A DNA stretch of 63,363 nucleotides, the filler included, from Choristocarpus tenellus KU-1152 (Eukaryota; Protista; Phaeophyceae), in the NCBI GenBank assembly GCA_964200185.2. It is 11 parts of 11 records of this genome, joined end to end, with 100 filler letters (N's around TTAATTAATTAA, not from the genome) between each part and the next. Parts side by side here need not be neighbours in the genome. Positions count along the whole stretch, not along the records: positions 22,021 to 24,972 come from CAXNAD020023415.1; positions 25,073 to 28,186 come from CAXNAD020022228.1; positions 28,287 to 39,313 come from CAXNAD020002557.1; 8 more parts are not named here. One strand, 5' to 3'. The position numbers were made by a program, and so were the translations under genes. This document shows, in pieces, positions 21,921-35,345 of this stretch (positions are counted from its first letter, which is position 1; each line of letters begins with the position of its first letter). Under the pieces are notes generated by a model. The model did no database searches. It saw only the letters and a list, made by a program, of their open reading frames with translations, and had not been told where the DNA came from.

Positions 21921-24900
21921 NNNNNNNNNNNNNNNNNNNNNNNNNNNNNNNNNNNNNNNNNNNNTTAATTAATTAANNNNNNNNNNNNNNNNNNNNNNNN
22001 NNNNNNNNNNNNNNNNNNNNGTCAATTTTGGGTCAAGCCCATCCTCAATGAAAAGCTCCAGCCTCAATTTTTGAAATCGGCTGTTACTGCCCAGGAGATA
22101 CACGTCAGAGAAAATAGGTCCAAGCACTGTCCTGGTTGTCCTGACAATGGAGGGTATAGAAAAATGTCAGGTCCAACAAGATCGGATTTAACTAGTGTAT
22201 GAAATATCAATAGTAAAGAATACTTGGAACTGCAATACTATTGTTTGTGATGTATTGCTTTAAATATGTTCCTTCTACATAATATCCACGGTAGTGAGAT
22301 ATGCCATGCGACGGTTTGACAACAATTGTTTCTACCAGTATTTTATTGACGTATTGGAGATAGATGATGCTGTCAGAGAGGGAGAAGGAACACACAAGAG
22401 GGCAAAGAACACAACAAATACAACAACAGAATATGCTGTGCTGACAATGGTTTGATTCTTCCTGTACTTCTTCTTAGTACACTCTGCAGTACGGGGAGAG
22501 GCAATTAGCATGGCCAGGTGCAGTTGTCTAGTAGTCTTCATGCGGTCAGGGACTCCCAAAATCTGAGCTCAACGGATTCGCTAAAAACCAAGGGAAACAC
22601 CCCTTGGATATGTTGGGTAGGTATTAGTCACCTAGTTACAAGTACTACCTACTACATCAACTCACTTGGATAGCATCATACTACGTGGCCCCTATGTTGA
22701 GATACGTTCCCTCAGGATAAATACACGTGCATGTTTTTGATATTTATGCACTCCTGCTCCTCCTGCCGCTACTACAACTACATTATAGTGACGTGTTGAG
22801 CTGCTTGTGTGCTACCTACCAGAAATTACACCCTCGCTCTTATATAATATTACAGCATCTTAATACGCAAACTCGGTGGTTCATAATTCCCATTATCAAT
22901 CAAAACTGAGGAAGGAGTCTAAGGTGTCCTCTGGACCTCACTATGCCATTGGTTGGTGGGGGGGAGGATTAAGGCAGCAACGAAAGGTAGTCAATCCTAC
23001 CCATTTCCACCTACAGGGCCTACAAGCAGTCAACCCATATGGCAGCTACTAGCATCCACGTGAGTGAGAGCCAAACCAATTGAAAAACAGACAGGGTTGC
23101 AGTTTAAGGATATTGACAAAGGAATGTTAATTTGAAGTTAAACTATTGTGCACATGAGGCAATGAAGTAAAGTGTATTGCACATGGTAAGAAAGATGGCT
23201 TGGAATGGAAAGGGGTCCAAAGCTGCCCGCCTCCCGATTGGTTTGGCTCTGAATCTTGCTGTGGGGGGCATTAACGTGGGGCTTAAGAAGATGCCAGGGG
23301 TTTGTGTTAGTTAAGTTGGACTGGACTTGGACTCAGGACATACATGCATACCCAATGGCACTAGAGTAGGAACATTGTGCTACAAAGAAAACCACTTGGT
23401 TGCCCTGGGCACCTAAGTTGGTTGGCAGCCCTAAGCGTAAGTTCTTCCTACAAGATACTCGCCTGCTCGTAATAGTGATAGATCGCGCCTGTCACCTATA
23501 GACAGTATCACTCACCCAAACTTACGTTGGTGTTGTCATCACCACAGAGCCCCACTACGGAATTAATGTTCTTAAAAATTGTGCCTCTGTTTTCGTCAAG
23601 AACTAACTGGCAATACCTCTCGACTTAGCTGAGACTCTTAACAGTCGGATCGGCATATAAATAAGTAGATAAGCTAACAAATCCGATCCACAACTAATTC
23701 CATAATCCAATAATGAGAAGTAAGTAAAACCAGGGTGCCTCCATCTTCCTCCTGCCCGTCCAGTTGACCATAATGTTACACATACTACAAATATACTATC
23801 ATCGTGTCACTGTAGTCTGGGACTAGGAACCACAACCTTACATCTGCTTAGCCCCAACTTGTGGTCAGAGGTATTACTGTCCTACTCCTCCTTAACTACC
23901 AGCTAACTGTGCTACACATTCACAACAAATAACTGCACTGTCACCATTCTACATCTTGTGACTTTGTTACCTCTCGAATCTTACACAGCACTATTGTGGT
24001 AATAATAAATCCCTTAACCACAAATTCAGGTTTTTGGTGTTTTTCGCTTTGTTTAGTGGCAGACAGGAGCGTACAGGTGCACTTTCCCATATTGGTTGCT
24101 ATATGGTCCATCAAAACCAGATCTCCACTAGTCATTATTATAGCAGTCCCCCATATTGCCCAGGCGACTCCAAAGCGCCCACTGTGAGAGGCAAAAACTG
24201 GTTACTTATCGGTTTGAACTGTGCATTCCAATGACGTACATTGGTGGAATACGACTAAGCTACAAGGACACATAATACACTGAACACGAGCAAGGCAAAT
24301 GCCACTTGCCTTTACTACTTTCAGGTATGAATTGCAATCGATAGAGTTTCAGCCTTTCTGTGGAAGGAGGATGCAACAGAGAGGAAAGCGAGTCAAATTT
24401 GACCATTCAGAGGGGGGTGAGGTGCTCCACTGCATAATACACATTTCATATCTGCAGCCAGGGTGAGGGCAGGGGGAGGAATAACAAGCAATGATTAGGG
24501 TAGGGCAAATTACAATTCCGAGCACATTATGAAATACTAGATCGTATCTGTGCTCTGGTAAAGAAGAAATCTGAAGTATAGGACTTGTGAGATCAGATCA
24601 ACATCACAAGACATAAATACACCCACTTACCACTTGACCTCCTTAACCTTTCAAAAAGGAGTTTAGGTGTTTGCCAGGTGACACATAAAGAGTGATGCCT
24701 CCAAAGCCTCAAGCGGCAACGAGAGAGAATACTCATACTGCTGACTACATCTCTTCAGGCTGCAGGAGTCCAACGATGCTTCATTAGTGAGAAGGAGTCG
24801 GATCCAACCACACAACACAGGAAGGGAAATGCTGCATCAGCACACATCCATGTTGCTTTCAATAACAGAGGACACGCCCACTACATTATCCAACCAAACA

Positions 24901-25072
24901 GCGCACAGTAGCCACCAAAAAAAAGTCATACTGGGGGGGAGGGTTCCAAGTCCTTAATACTCTAGTACTTTANNNNNNNNNNNNNNNNNNNNNNNNNNNN
25001 NNNNNNNNNNNNNNNNTTAATTAATTAANNNNNNNNNNNNNNNNNNNNNNNNNNNNNNNNNNNNNNNNNNNN

Positions 25073-25110
25073 CCCGTTTTGTTGGTGCGGTGGGCGCTCC
25101 CCCGACTTCT

Positions 25111-25151
<41 letters not shown>

Positions 25152-25165
25152 AGATACTTTGACCC
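25073..25165 (-). mobile_element. Family B-related TIR end at contig edge
   Basis: Long C-run + AGATACTTTGACCC. Confidence 0.7.
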
Positions 25166-25459
25166 ACGCACAAGGTTACAAAATTGGTATACACTTATAT
25201 TCTTCAACAAACACGCCAACATTGCTTACTAATTCAATGCCAACCTCTCTACAGTACTGAGCAATGGTCGTACTTTTCTTTTTTCAAGTTACCCTCCTAA
25301 CCCTAACCCTATTGTTAGAAAAAAACAGAAAATACTCCTCTTCTCGAACCTACAGTCCAGTTTTGAGGTCATATCAGTCTGCACTGCCCAGCCCCTAAAA
25401 CCCTAACCCTAACCTTACCTCTTTTTTTCTCTTTTTTATTTTATATTTTTTCTCAAAAG

Positions 25460-27449
25460 ACGGGATCTGTCCTGGTAGACATCGAGGAAATAAGGGACGC
25501 GACACAGCCTACGCCAACCAAGGTGTTGGCCTCTGAGCCTGACCAGCATGGGGTCCCCCTGCTGTCGATACCCCCAGTTCCCCTGACACCATGCAAGGAT
25601 GATGGTGCTTCCCTGGGGAAGGAACCAGGCGTATTGAAAGGGGGGGTGGAGGGAAAGAACAAGAACTCAAAGGTATAATGTGATTTTATGTGATAGGTGA
25701 TAATGGGGGGGGGGGGGGGGGGAAATTGGGGGGAAATGGGTGGGGGAGGGGAGGTTTGGGAAAGGGTAGGAAGGGGTGGGGTTTGGTTGTCGTTGTTGGG
25801 TNNNNNNNNNNGGGGTAATTGTGGAGTAAGTGATGGTGGAATGGGATCTATACGAAAGGTATGACAAGTGTGTGTGTATGTGTGCCTATTGTGCTGTGGT
25901 GTGTTGAATTGATTTGTTCAGCTTCAAGTGTGCTTTTGTACTGGGATGTGATTCACAATCGACAATTCACTTTGTTTTTGTGAAGAGTTTTGTCTTGCTT
26001 TACTCATACCCTCCAAACTTGCTGTCTTAGTCTTTCCCTTGAACGATGATTGTGCTGGGTTAGCTGTGACTGATTTCTGTGTCAACATGCTTGCTTTTTG
26101 GTTTGTATGTATTATGTATGTATGTATGTATGTGTATTAAGCTCATTAGAAGTAAAGAATATGTATTTACCAATCTTTTGACATCTTGAAAAGTTAAACC
26201 AGAGCAGGATGAAGATTTTTTTTGTTCTTACTACTTATTTAAATATAAATAAAAATATGCATATTTTTTTCTGTTCATTCTCTTGACTTTTTTTAGAGGT
26301 TTGGAGGGAGGCAATATTTGTGATACCAGTATATGATTCAGAAACATCAGAGGTTACGTAGCTATTGGATGCCACAAGCTTGGAGTAATTAAGCATTGAA
26401 CAACAGAGGATAGAATATACCATATACCAGGGAATTTTCCTGGTCTGCAAGGAGGCAAAGTTGAAGCTTTGGCATGGACAGCTTGAGAGTATCATGCCAG
26501 TATGACATCACAAGCATGTACAAGATATCTTTGAGTATCCATGGTGGATTCATACATATCCAGTATCTGTGGTGGGTTCAATGAGGTAAGGTGAGGTCAA
26601 TGATGACCAAATACAGAGACATTGACTATCCATGGTGGATTGTAAAGGTGTTAAGAATCGAAGTCAATGGTCAATGGGTGTGATGGTCGTGGACGCAGCT
26701 GTCTGGACAGAACTCCTGATGTGTGTTGAGATAGATCATTTGATGCATTCTTTTAATTTTTTATTGCATAGATTGTAAAGGTTATCTCATGTCATGCATG
26801 TGATACCTGGTACAGTGAAACCCTTGAAAGGCATTTCTCGATTGCATATACAACACAGCGATTGCATTGAAGTGTTGAGAGTCATGATGTACCCTAACCC
26901 TAACCCTAACCCTGAATATACTGAGCTATGCTCCGTCAATCAAGGATACCTGTGTGGATTTTCTATCGTAGAAGTACCCCTTCACATTTTAACTCATAAC
27001 CCTTCCCCCTTGTCCTTTATGTGGTCTCTCAACGGTCCCCTCGCCTTCAAAGGTGTTGGCAACCCCTGCAGTGCGCCGTCTTGCTCGTGAAATGGGTATA
27101 GACCTCAGTCGGACAGATGGCCTGATGGCATCAGGGCCCAGGGGACAGGTCCTCAAGGGGGACTTGCTTGCTATGGCCGCTAAGGTTCAGGATAGTATCC
27201 TTGCTGATTCTCCTGCCCCTTTTCCCTCCACTGCTGCTAACACCATTTCCAGTAATGTTTCCAGTGGGGGTTATGGGGAGACACAACAGCAGGCAGCAAG
27301 GCCATCACCTACTGTAATCAGAAGTTCATCTTTATGGGGGGAGGGGGAGGAGGATGGGAATGGTGTTGAAAGAAGTAGCTCCAGGGTTGGGGAGTTGCAA
27401 ACAAATAGAAGGCGGGAGCCTCGGCGTGAAAAGATTGTTCCTATCAAGG
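25460..27449 (+). CDS. DBT: Dihydrolipoamide acyltransferase E2, most likely branched-chain alpha-keto acid dehydrogenase E2; two internal exons
   Basis: Exon 25460-25672 (TGSVLVDIE, end of lipoyl domain, then linker) splices in phase to 27053-27449 (KVLATPAVRRLAREMGIDLS..SGPRGQVLKGDLL, E3-binding domain; ends EKIVPIKG). The LATPAVRR and PIKG motifs favour DBT over DLAT/DLST. Confidence 0.85.
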
Positions 27450-28286
27450 GTGAGTAGGAAATGAGTGCGCACTACTTGATGAACTTGGTTGTAGTTACTT
27501 TGTTGCATCTTTTTTAACTTGCTTTTAATTGTATCTCAATAAACAAAGTTGTGATGCTTTGTAAGGAATAGGAAGGGTATGCGACAGATATGAGCCCAAA
27601 GAACTCAACTTTTTTCCGATATGTTTATCATTTTCAGTTTTCGTATAATTGGTGGTGGTATTGGTTGAGCTATAATCTTGTCTCTCTGCCTCAAACACCC
27701 CCACATTTCTCTCACCCTGTCTCTTGCCTAGGCACTCAACCTCTTTGTTTGGTACTTATTGTTACCAGTATTTTCCCATGTCCTTCTAGAGCACAAGAGT
27801 ATTGACCCTGTAAGAAATGGGGAAAGAGTGCACAATGATATTTCCTAGCAATGTAGACAATGGTGAATTCGAGCCATAATTACCCCCACAGACACCAGTA
27901 ATGAGTCAAGTCAGACCGGAGGTTTGCTTGCTTTTTTCTTTTTTTTTTTACCCCAAACTATATGATACATCATATACAACACACAAGAGGAAAAAGAAAA
28001 AATAATTACTCATTGCTCCTCTATGGATGTGTCCAGCGCTGATCCTCTTGCCCTTTCCAAGCCCTTGCTGATATATAGTTTCTCCATGTCCAACCAGTAG
28101 CAATGTTAGGTTCATATTGGATAGGCACTATACTCAATGGACTCCACTCCATCCTCCCATCCTCCCTCCCCTCCTCTACCCCCCCCNNNNNNNNNNNNNN
28201 NNNNNNNNNNNNNNNNNNNNNNNNNNNNNNTTAATTAATTAANNNNNNNNNNNNNNNNNNNNNNNNNNNNNNNNNNNNNNNNNNNN

Positions 28287-28306
28287 CCTCTCAGATACTT
28301 TGAGCC
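28287..28306. mobile_element. TIR end intermediate between families A and B
   Basis: CCTCTCAGATACTTTGAGCC at the contig start. Confidence 0.6.
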
Positions 28307-28520
28307 TGGAGGCTGCAGTAGGATGACAGTTTAGAATTGATAACTGATGTTTTTGTACCTACACAGACCCAATGTCACCATTGATGTTAGGATATATTTA
28401 TTACTTTGTTTTTGAGTATACACACTATCTACGAACACTCTCCCTTGCTGCGCAGACACTATACACCCTTAGAATCTACTTCTCTGAAAAGCCGTGGGTC
28501 CAGTGTGGGATAGTTCAACA
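28307..28520. mobile_element. Rearranged second copy of the contig-1 non-autonomous LTR element
   Basis: 28307-28405 matches about 1736-1830 forward; 28432-28490 is the reverse complement of about 1854-1921; 28488-28520 matches about 171-202. Confidence 0.85.
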
Positions 28521-29347
28521 ACTGGTGGGTAGTTTCGACAGGTATATGGTCCCAGAACGAGACGTATCTCAAACCAAAAATTTCGGACGTTGTGCTAAGA
28601 TACAAATTTTCCTGAGGGAGACACATGGACAAAATATGGTAGGCACAAAATCATCCAACATTTCCTCATACACTCCATGCTCACTTGCTGATACCGACTC
28701 CTTGTTCACCATAACCAACGAACAAATCCGGACCGTACTATGGGAATACCAGTATTATATCTTCCAACAGCAACACATTGTCTATCATCTTTGTCGGACT
28801 CAAAGAATTTGATTAATATTAGGTCTTCAGCAGAGAAAGCGTTTATCACAAAAAGGTCGGTTGGCTGGGCAACAATTTATTAATCTTATATTTGTCCGGT
28901 GTACATAGTCTGATTTAATTAAACCTGTAATGCTGAGACCACCTGTGCATGGTCGTGGAATCTTCCGTAAATGAAGTCCAAAAGAATTTCATCCACTGCA
29001 TTTTTCTTGAGGGACTCGTTTGGAGTTTGTTCCTTGGATTCGCAGCTCTCCTTCAGGACTGCGGATTGGTTGCAAGAAGGGGGTGCTGTGTTGCAGGGGG
29101 ACCAGTCCCTGGATTGGACCCCCACTGTCCCATCTTGCTCAAGCCTGTCATCAGCCAAACTAGTCGACGGAATATCTGTGCCTCCCCCCAATGTCCGGTT
29201 TGGTATATTCTCTGTTTTACTTGGGTAAGTAGCCTTCTCTTTCCCCTTCTCGTTCTCCTCTCTCTTCTTCTTGTGTTTGCTTACTACTTTTATTGGGGCG
29301 TCCATAATACCTGGTGGTTTTCTCCAAAGACTGTACCAATATCTTGC

Positions 29348-30024
29348 GGCAGGGTCCAATCAGTCGTGGGGGGTGTTCATAATCATGAATTGTGTCAAAA
29401 GTCTCATAATCATCCAATCTTGAAATGAACCAGATTTAAGTCTGATGACATCACATCATCGTGAACGTCAACGCCAAGTGGTGCGGACATTGTCAGAAAA
29501 TCTCTGTGATAGATGTTAATGTGAATGTCACCAATGACAAATGTGCGCCCAATACACTTGTGTGTGTGCGAGGAAATGGATTTGACTGACATAAACTCCC
29601 AACAGAACCTGTCCATCACATTACTAATGTTTTGTCTCTTGTGATACAAAGACCTTCAAGTTTCCCTATATCAACGCTTGCCGCAAAACAAAACGACTTT
29701 TAATGATTTTACTGTGACGGACAGGTCCCTTTGGGCGCTAATCTCAGTCCAGATACACATCCGCGCGCACACACAAGTGCATTACACGCACATTTCTTTG
29801 TCATTGGTGATGTTCCCACCAACATCAAACACGGAGAACTCCTGAGAATTCTCAGACCTCTTGCCGTTGACGATCACGAAGATGTGACTTCATCTGGCGG
29901 AACTGGGATTCTCTTCAAAATTCTCCTAAGATTTGATGGCTGAGAGAGTTTGGGTTTGCTGGAAGCACCCCACCGTGACACAACTGGTGATCTGAACACC
30001 CTCCACGACTGATTGGAGCCTGCC
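29348..30024. repeat. Old imperfect inverted duplication (arms about 29348-29624 and 29709-30024)
   Basis: GGCAGGGTCCAATCAGTCGTGGGGGGTGTTCA pairs with TGAACACCCTCCACGACTGATTGGAGCCTGCC; the arms translate outward to similar peptides (FVIGDIHINIY..PLGVDVHDDVMSS vs FVIGDVPTNIK..PLAVDDHEDVTSS). Confidence 0.8.
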
Positions 30025-30385
30025 TCTCGACATTAGCATTATACATGACAGAGTATTTTCTGGGTTGTCAAGATTATGGTGGACCATTTGTGAGTATGAT
30101 TTGAGGTAATAATTTATGTACGCACAGAAGATGATGCGGGACATTAATCATATTTAGGGTTAGGGTATTTGACCAGAAATAATCAGCGGAATGTTAGAGT
30201 CGGAGTGTTTCTGACGTGTACTAGAGAACTGTTGAGTCATTTGGTATTCTGAGTCATTTGCTGTAAGGCTTGGTGAGCCCCATCTAGTGATGGTGTCTCA
30301 CTCTCTTCTCAACTGTGATATAAGCAAATAAACAATAATATAATAGTAGGCTTATACTGACATATGTATAGTTTTCATTGGTTTT

Positions 30386-30554
30386 GGCTCAGAGTATCTG
30401 GGAGAGGTGGCGGCTGTCCATTTGGGACCGATTTTTTAATTTCGCGATTTTCGGTGATTTGGTTCCATACGTCGGATAGATAATGAAAGTGCACTTTTCC
30501 TATTTTTGTCCAGATGGACACTCTGGTGTAACCCCCCCCCCACACACTGGGGCT
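30386..30554 (+). mobile_element. MITE family B, degenerate copy nested in Copia element
   Basis: GGCTCAGAGTATCTGGG..GCTGTCCATTTGGG..TAATGAAAGTGCACTTTTCC..GATGGACACTCTGGTGTAACCCC. Confidence 0.88.
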
Positions 30555-31326
30555 AGAGATGTCGATTGTAGACGATCGATGTTTGACACTACTACATCAG
30601 CGGATGATACTGTAGCGAAGTGGACGCTTCCCCCTGAGGGGGTTGAAGTGAATGTCATAGTCCCAGTACGGATTATTGGGGGGGAGGAAGGGACCCACTC
30701 CAAAGATGGCACGGGCAGTTATTGATCTAGGAGGGTCAACGAGTACGAATGCAAAATTAGAGTACCCATATATGGATTTGGGGGTAGGGCGTTTGATGGC
30801 TGAGGACGTTGAACCAGGTCTGAGTTGGACTATTATTGAGTCCAGTCAAATGCTGCTTCTAAGAAAGCTCTACTAAGTCCTGTTGTAGCAGGAAATGCAA
30901 TAGGGTCGGTGATGGAGAAAAGGGAGTTGAACGGTCGAACACTGAGGTTGATGATATGGACCCAGTGTCACAGCAGGGGAGTGTGAGGAACAAAGTGCTG
31001 CGACATGTGGATCCGAATAATGACCCTACATCTGAACCGGGCGAACTAATGGAGGAGTTACCTGGAATTGAGCTGGAATTGAAAATGCGAGAGGCAATGG
31101 AGTCAGAGGAGTGGCCTTGGTGGAATGGGGTTGTGGACGAGGAAATGGGCATACAAAACAGACATTCAAAGACTCCGTTGACTTACTCATTAAGGTGGGA
31201 CTACATTTTCGACCGGGGCAGATGGATGAAAAAGGGAGAGTACAGAGGTCCAAGGAGGGAGTAGGGCGATTGGAAGGAGAAAGAGAATGGAGCAGGAGGG
31301 ACCTGTTCCAGACAACTGCAGATCTA

Positions 31327-31973
31327 TGATCGATGGTATCAATCATGACAAGGTCTGATGTAGCATCAGCAGTATGGAGCCTAGCGATGCAGTTTGTGAA
31401 TCCCATAGTGACGGATTGGAATGGGGCTGAAAGAGTAATTGCTTATTTGTTGAGGACAAGCAAGAGGGGTTTGACTTTTTGGTGATTTCAGTTTTTTTTA
31501 ACAGGAATGTACTTAGGACCAACTCATTGGCTATGCTGATGCAGACTACGCCAATTGTGCGATTTCAAGATTTTCTGTGTCTGGTGGCATGCATGTGTGA
31601 GCTGGTTGTAAAAAATGCAGAAAACTATTGCTTTATCTACCACTGAGGCTGAGTATGTGTCGTTGTGTGATTTGGTCAAGGAGGTTATGTTTCTTCAGCA
31701 AGTCCAATTTTTTTGGAGCGAACTAAGCACAAGTATTGTTTATGATTGTTTGAAGACAATAGTTGGGCAATCAAGTTGGCTGAGAAGACAGCTTCAGGGG
31801 GTAGGACAAAGCATACAAATATTAGATATCATTGTGTTAGAAACTTGGTGGAGGAGGGGAAGGCACAGATTGTGTATGTAAACTCTGGTGAACAACATGG
31901 AGATTTGTTCACAAAGGCTTTGAGTGGTAATGTGTTTGAATTCCACACTAGAACTATCATGCACTATGAGTAA
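31327..31973 (+). pseudogene. Copia RT C-terminus and Ty1-type RNase H, frameshifted
   Basis: TRSDVASAV, GYADADYA, QKTIALSTTEAEYVSL, FEDNSWAIKLA..RTKHTNIRYHCVR..QHGDLFTKAL. Confidence 0.95.
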
Positions 31974-34308
31974 GGGGTAGTGTGCAGATTGAGTTGACTT
32001 CAAGTTGGGATTTATTGTTGGACTGATTTGATTCTCACTGCATAGTCAGAGCAGGGGAGTGTGTCAAGATTATGCTTGACCATTTGTGAGAATATGATTT
32101 GAAGTAATAATTTATGTACGCACAGTAGATGATGCGGGACATTAATCATATTTAGGGTTAGGGTATTTGACCAGAAATAATCAGCGGAATGTTAGAGTCG
32201 GAGTGTTTCTAACGTGCACTAGAGAACTGTTGAGTCATTTACTGCAAGGCTTGGTGAGCAGTGATGGGGACTCACTCTCTTCTCAACTGCGATACAAGCT
32301 AGTAAACAATAATATTACTGGTTGTGTGGGACAGCAGATCATCAAGGACAGCTCAACAAAGGTTATCGACACTTTACCAGATATACGATGGATGATTCCA
32401 ATAACATAGGCTCGATCATAACTTAGATAACAACATACCATGAATGTTGCAGAGGAAATTGCTTGAATATTTGCTGGACAAGAGATGCTAACAAGCAATT
32501 AGGACCACATGAGCGTTTTCTGATCTAACACATATTAAATGGTTAATGTTTCAGATACGTGCTCACCTTTTCTGTTATCATCTTTTTGTTTTTTTTCCCC
32601 ACAATTATTCCATTTATTATCATCTTCTCTTCCTTACAAGGTCTAACCACTAGTTTGAGAACAACAATATGTGTAAAACAGTAAAAATTGATCCATCCTG
32701 ACATAAAGGATAAGGGGGGATTTCTAGTGAAGCCCTTTGCATATTCAGTGTTCTATAACCCTTCCCGTCACCCCATTTCCCATTCCTGAAATGCAGTTAC
32801 TCTCTTGCATGTAGAAGATACAAAGGTTCACTCACATGAGATGAGCACAAAATCGTCCTCCAGAGTACTACGAGCAGGTAGACACAGATAAGGAGTCCCA
32901 AACACTCAATGACACCCACCTCTAAGATACAACGGCTCAATGTGAGCAAATAGCCTGCAGCAGTGCAGTTCTGGAAAATTAAAATCATCGGTCAAGTGTC
33001 CTCAAGCATTTCCTGGACCACACAGAGGATACTCAAGAAAGGGGATATGAGAAGTAAATGCTTGAAGATGTCAATAACTGTTCACAAACATTTGTGAATC
33101 AGACGTTGCTAAATGAATGCTATACGATGATTTGAACACTCCAATAGGTGAAAAACAAACGTAGTGATAAATCAGCGGAGTAGATGAGATCAATAGACAA
33201 CATGTGCTTATAGAGCAAATGGTGCAGGGGATCTCCCTGGCAACGGGCGTATAGTGCTAGACAATGGATATTCTAGAGCAGATAAAAACTAGAACAGAAG
33301 ACCGAAGGAGTGTTATTAACAACAGGCACTACAGACCAACCGGTCCTCAAATGATGCCTTGGTAGTGGATGATAAAGAGGATATCGACCATAGAGCTGTC
33401 CTGGATAACAAAAGGATGTTGCGGACCATGGGGGTCATTCTGAGGTATCAATGGCATTGACTGTTGAGTTATCAGGGTGTGCGCATTTCCTTACAAACCG
33501 TAACTACTATGAAATGAAGAGTGGTCCGCAAATGATCGCAGAAACAATTAGAACATAATGAACATCAACATAATTAGCAAGGGACAGGGGTCACAAAGAA
33601 TACGACCTCTTGACTTTTGCTCATTTTGGTAGTGACATGACTTGATATATAATGATCCATTATATTATTGGCAAAAGAATGGGCCAGAGGAAATAAGATG
33701 CAGACTACGACAAAAACCCGCACATACTAAAAGGGTGCCAACATGCATTTCTGGACAGATAATGATAGGGGAAGGGTAAAAAAGAGGGACCTGGGAGCTG
33801 AGCAAGCTGGGAACCAGGAAGGGATGTTTGTGGGAATAATGGACACCAAAAGGGGAAATCAGACTTCCAACATTTTCTTTGAGGAGACTGACTACAAAAG
33901 TAAGCGTATAGCCTATAGGGGAAATAAACTATACCTAGAAGGAAGGGATATGTGTTCTGTATGTTCTGTCTGCACTGCATGAAAGCAGCAAATAACAATA
34001 TTATGAATAAAGATATACAAAAAAAGCTAATACCCACAATACAACGCTATTTTGAAAACAGCTGCCCATTACTTGAACAATCAAAACCATTCCAGGCATG
34101 GTCACTACCACCACTTCAAGAAGCCTACTAAACAGTAGATTCTAGGAACTGCTTTTTTCCATCTGATGAGTGATTGCACATCATCCCACCATGACAGCAT
34201 CTATTGCCTCACGCTCACCTTGAACATTGCTAACACTCACACAACCAACACACAAATCCTCCGCTCTATACAAAAACCACAAGGAGCCTCTATGATAACC
34301 TCTGAAAT

Positions 34309-35314
34309 CTAACAGCGTGCATAGAAACAAATGTAACAAGTCCGATGCGCTTCCCCCTCCAATGCCCTGGCTTCAGACACACTCTCAACAACAGAGTCGT
34401 CAAACCTCTTCCACCCACCACTACCCCCTTGTCCCTCCACACTATTCCCACTCCCATCCCCACCATTCCCTCCACTTACACTGCTACATTTGGCAGATTT
34501 TGCTGTTGGAAGGTCTCTAACGTCTGTAACATAGTGCCCGGCAAAGGCGTCCGGACCAAGGTGGTGCAAAACACTCTGAAGGCGATAACGTGCATGAAGC
34601 GCTTCAGCCCGCAAAACCTTGGCAGGTTGCCTCGCCTCCTTCACTTCTCCCTCCGCCGCCGCCGCCACCTGGATGTTACCCCCCTCAACCCCTTTTCCCC
34701 CTTCAGATACCGTACGTATCACGTTACGTCCTGCCTCCTTGAGAGGCAACCTGCCCTCCATCCGGGCGGAATGGTTCAGGGATCCCCTTGGCACCTTCTC
34801 CTCGAAACTTGCTCTGCCTGCAGGTCCCTTCATCTTACCTGTGGTTGTTGGAACTTCAGAGGAACCAGTAGTAGGTGTCTTGACATTGAAAAAAGGACTG
34901 TCATCAGGACCAGGTTGATTCCGAGAAATACTGACAGCAAGCGCACCACCGACGTCGCGAGAAAGAACCTGCGGCCGGTCCTTGCCACAAGCAGTACAAG
35001 CTTGGGTAAAAGGTTCATTGTGGAGAGTACACTGCGGGCATGCCCACTCTTCATCCCACTTACCCCACTTCCCTCCTTTATTGCGTGCATCCTCTCGAAC
35101 AAACGAATCAGAAAGCGCTCCCTGCTCCATAACACTCAGGCGGAGGGCCTGTGTTGGTAACAAAAATGCACCGCATGCACAGTTGTTACATAGATGCAAC
35201 AAGTTCATAGAGAGGAAAACAATACGTGCACAAAAGCGGGTCAAGGTTAGGGAAACTCGGCAAGCATGTGTGTGTGGATGCACATGCGGGCGCGCGCGGA
35301 CAATGTGACCAGCA

Positions 35315-35345
<31 letters not shown>

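Larger units (their letters stand above)
30066..32358 (+). mobile_element. Internally deleted Ty1/Copia element with two LTR copies (30066-about 30340 and 32062-32358)
   Basis: Direct repeats start TGTCAAGATTATG; the right copy follows PPT AGGGGAG and ends CTCAACA; the interior holds RT-end and RNase H remnants. Confidence 0.92.

Noticed and set aside
22021-22197. Possible CACTA element right end (..ACTAGTG)
   Set aside because: Only a 5-bp motif, with no partner TIR, TSD or second copy in the window.
34345-35160. 271-aa + strand ORF
   Set aside because: Antisense shadow of the USP terminal exon.
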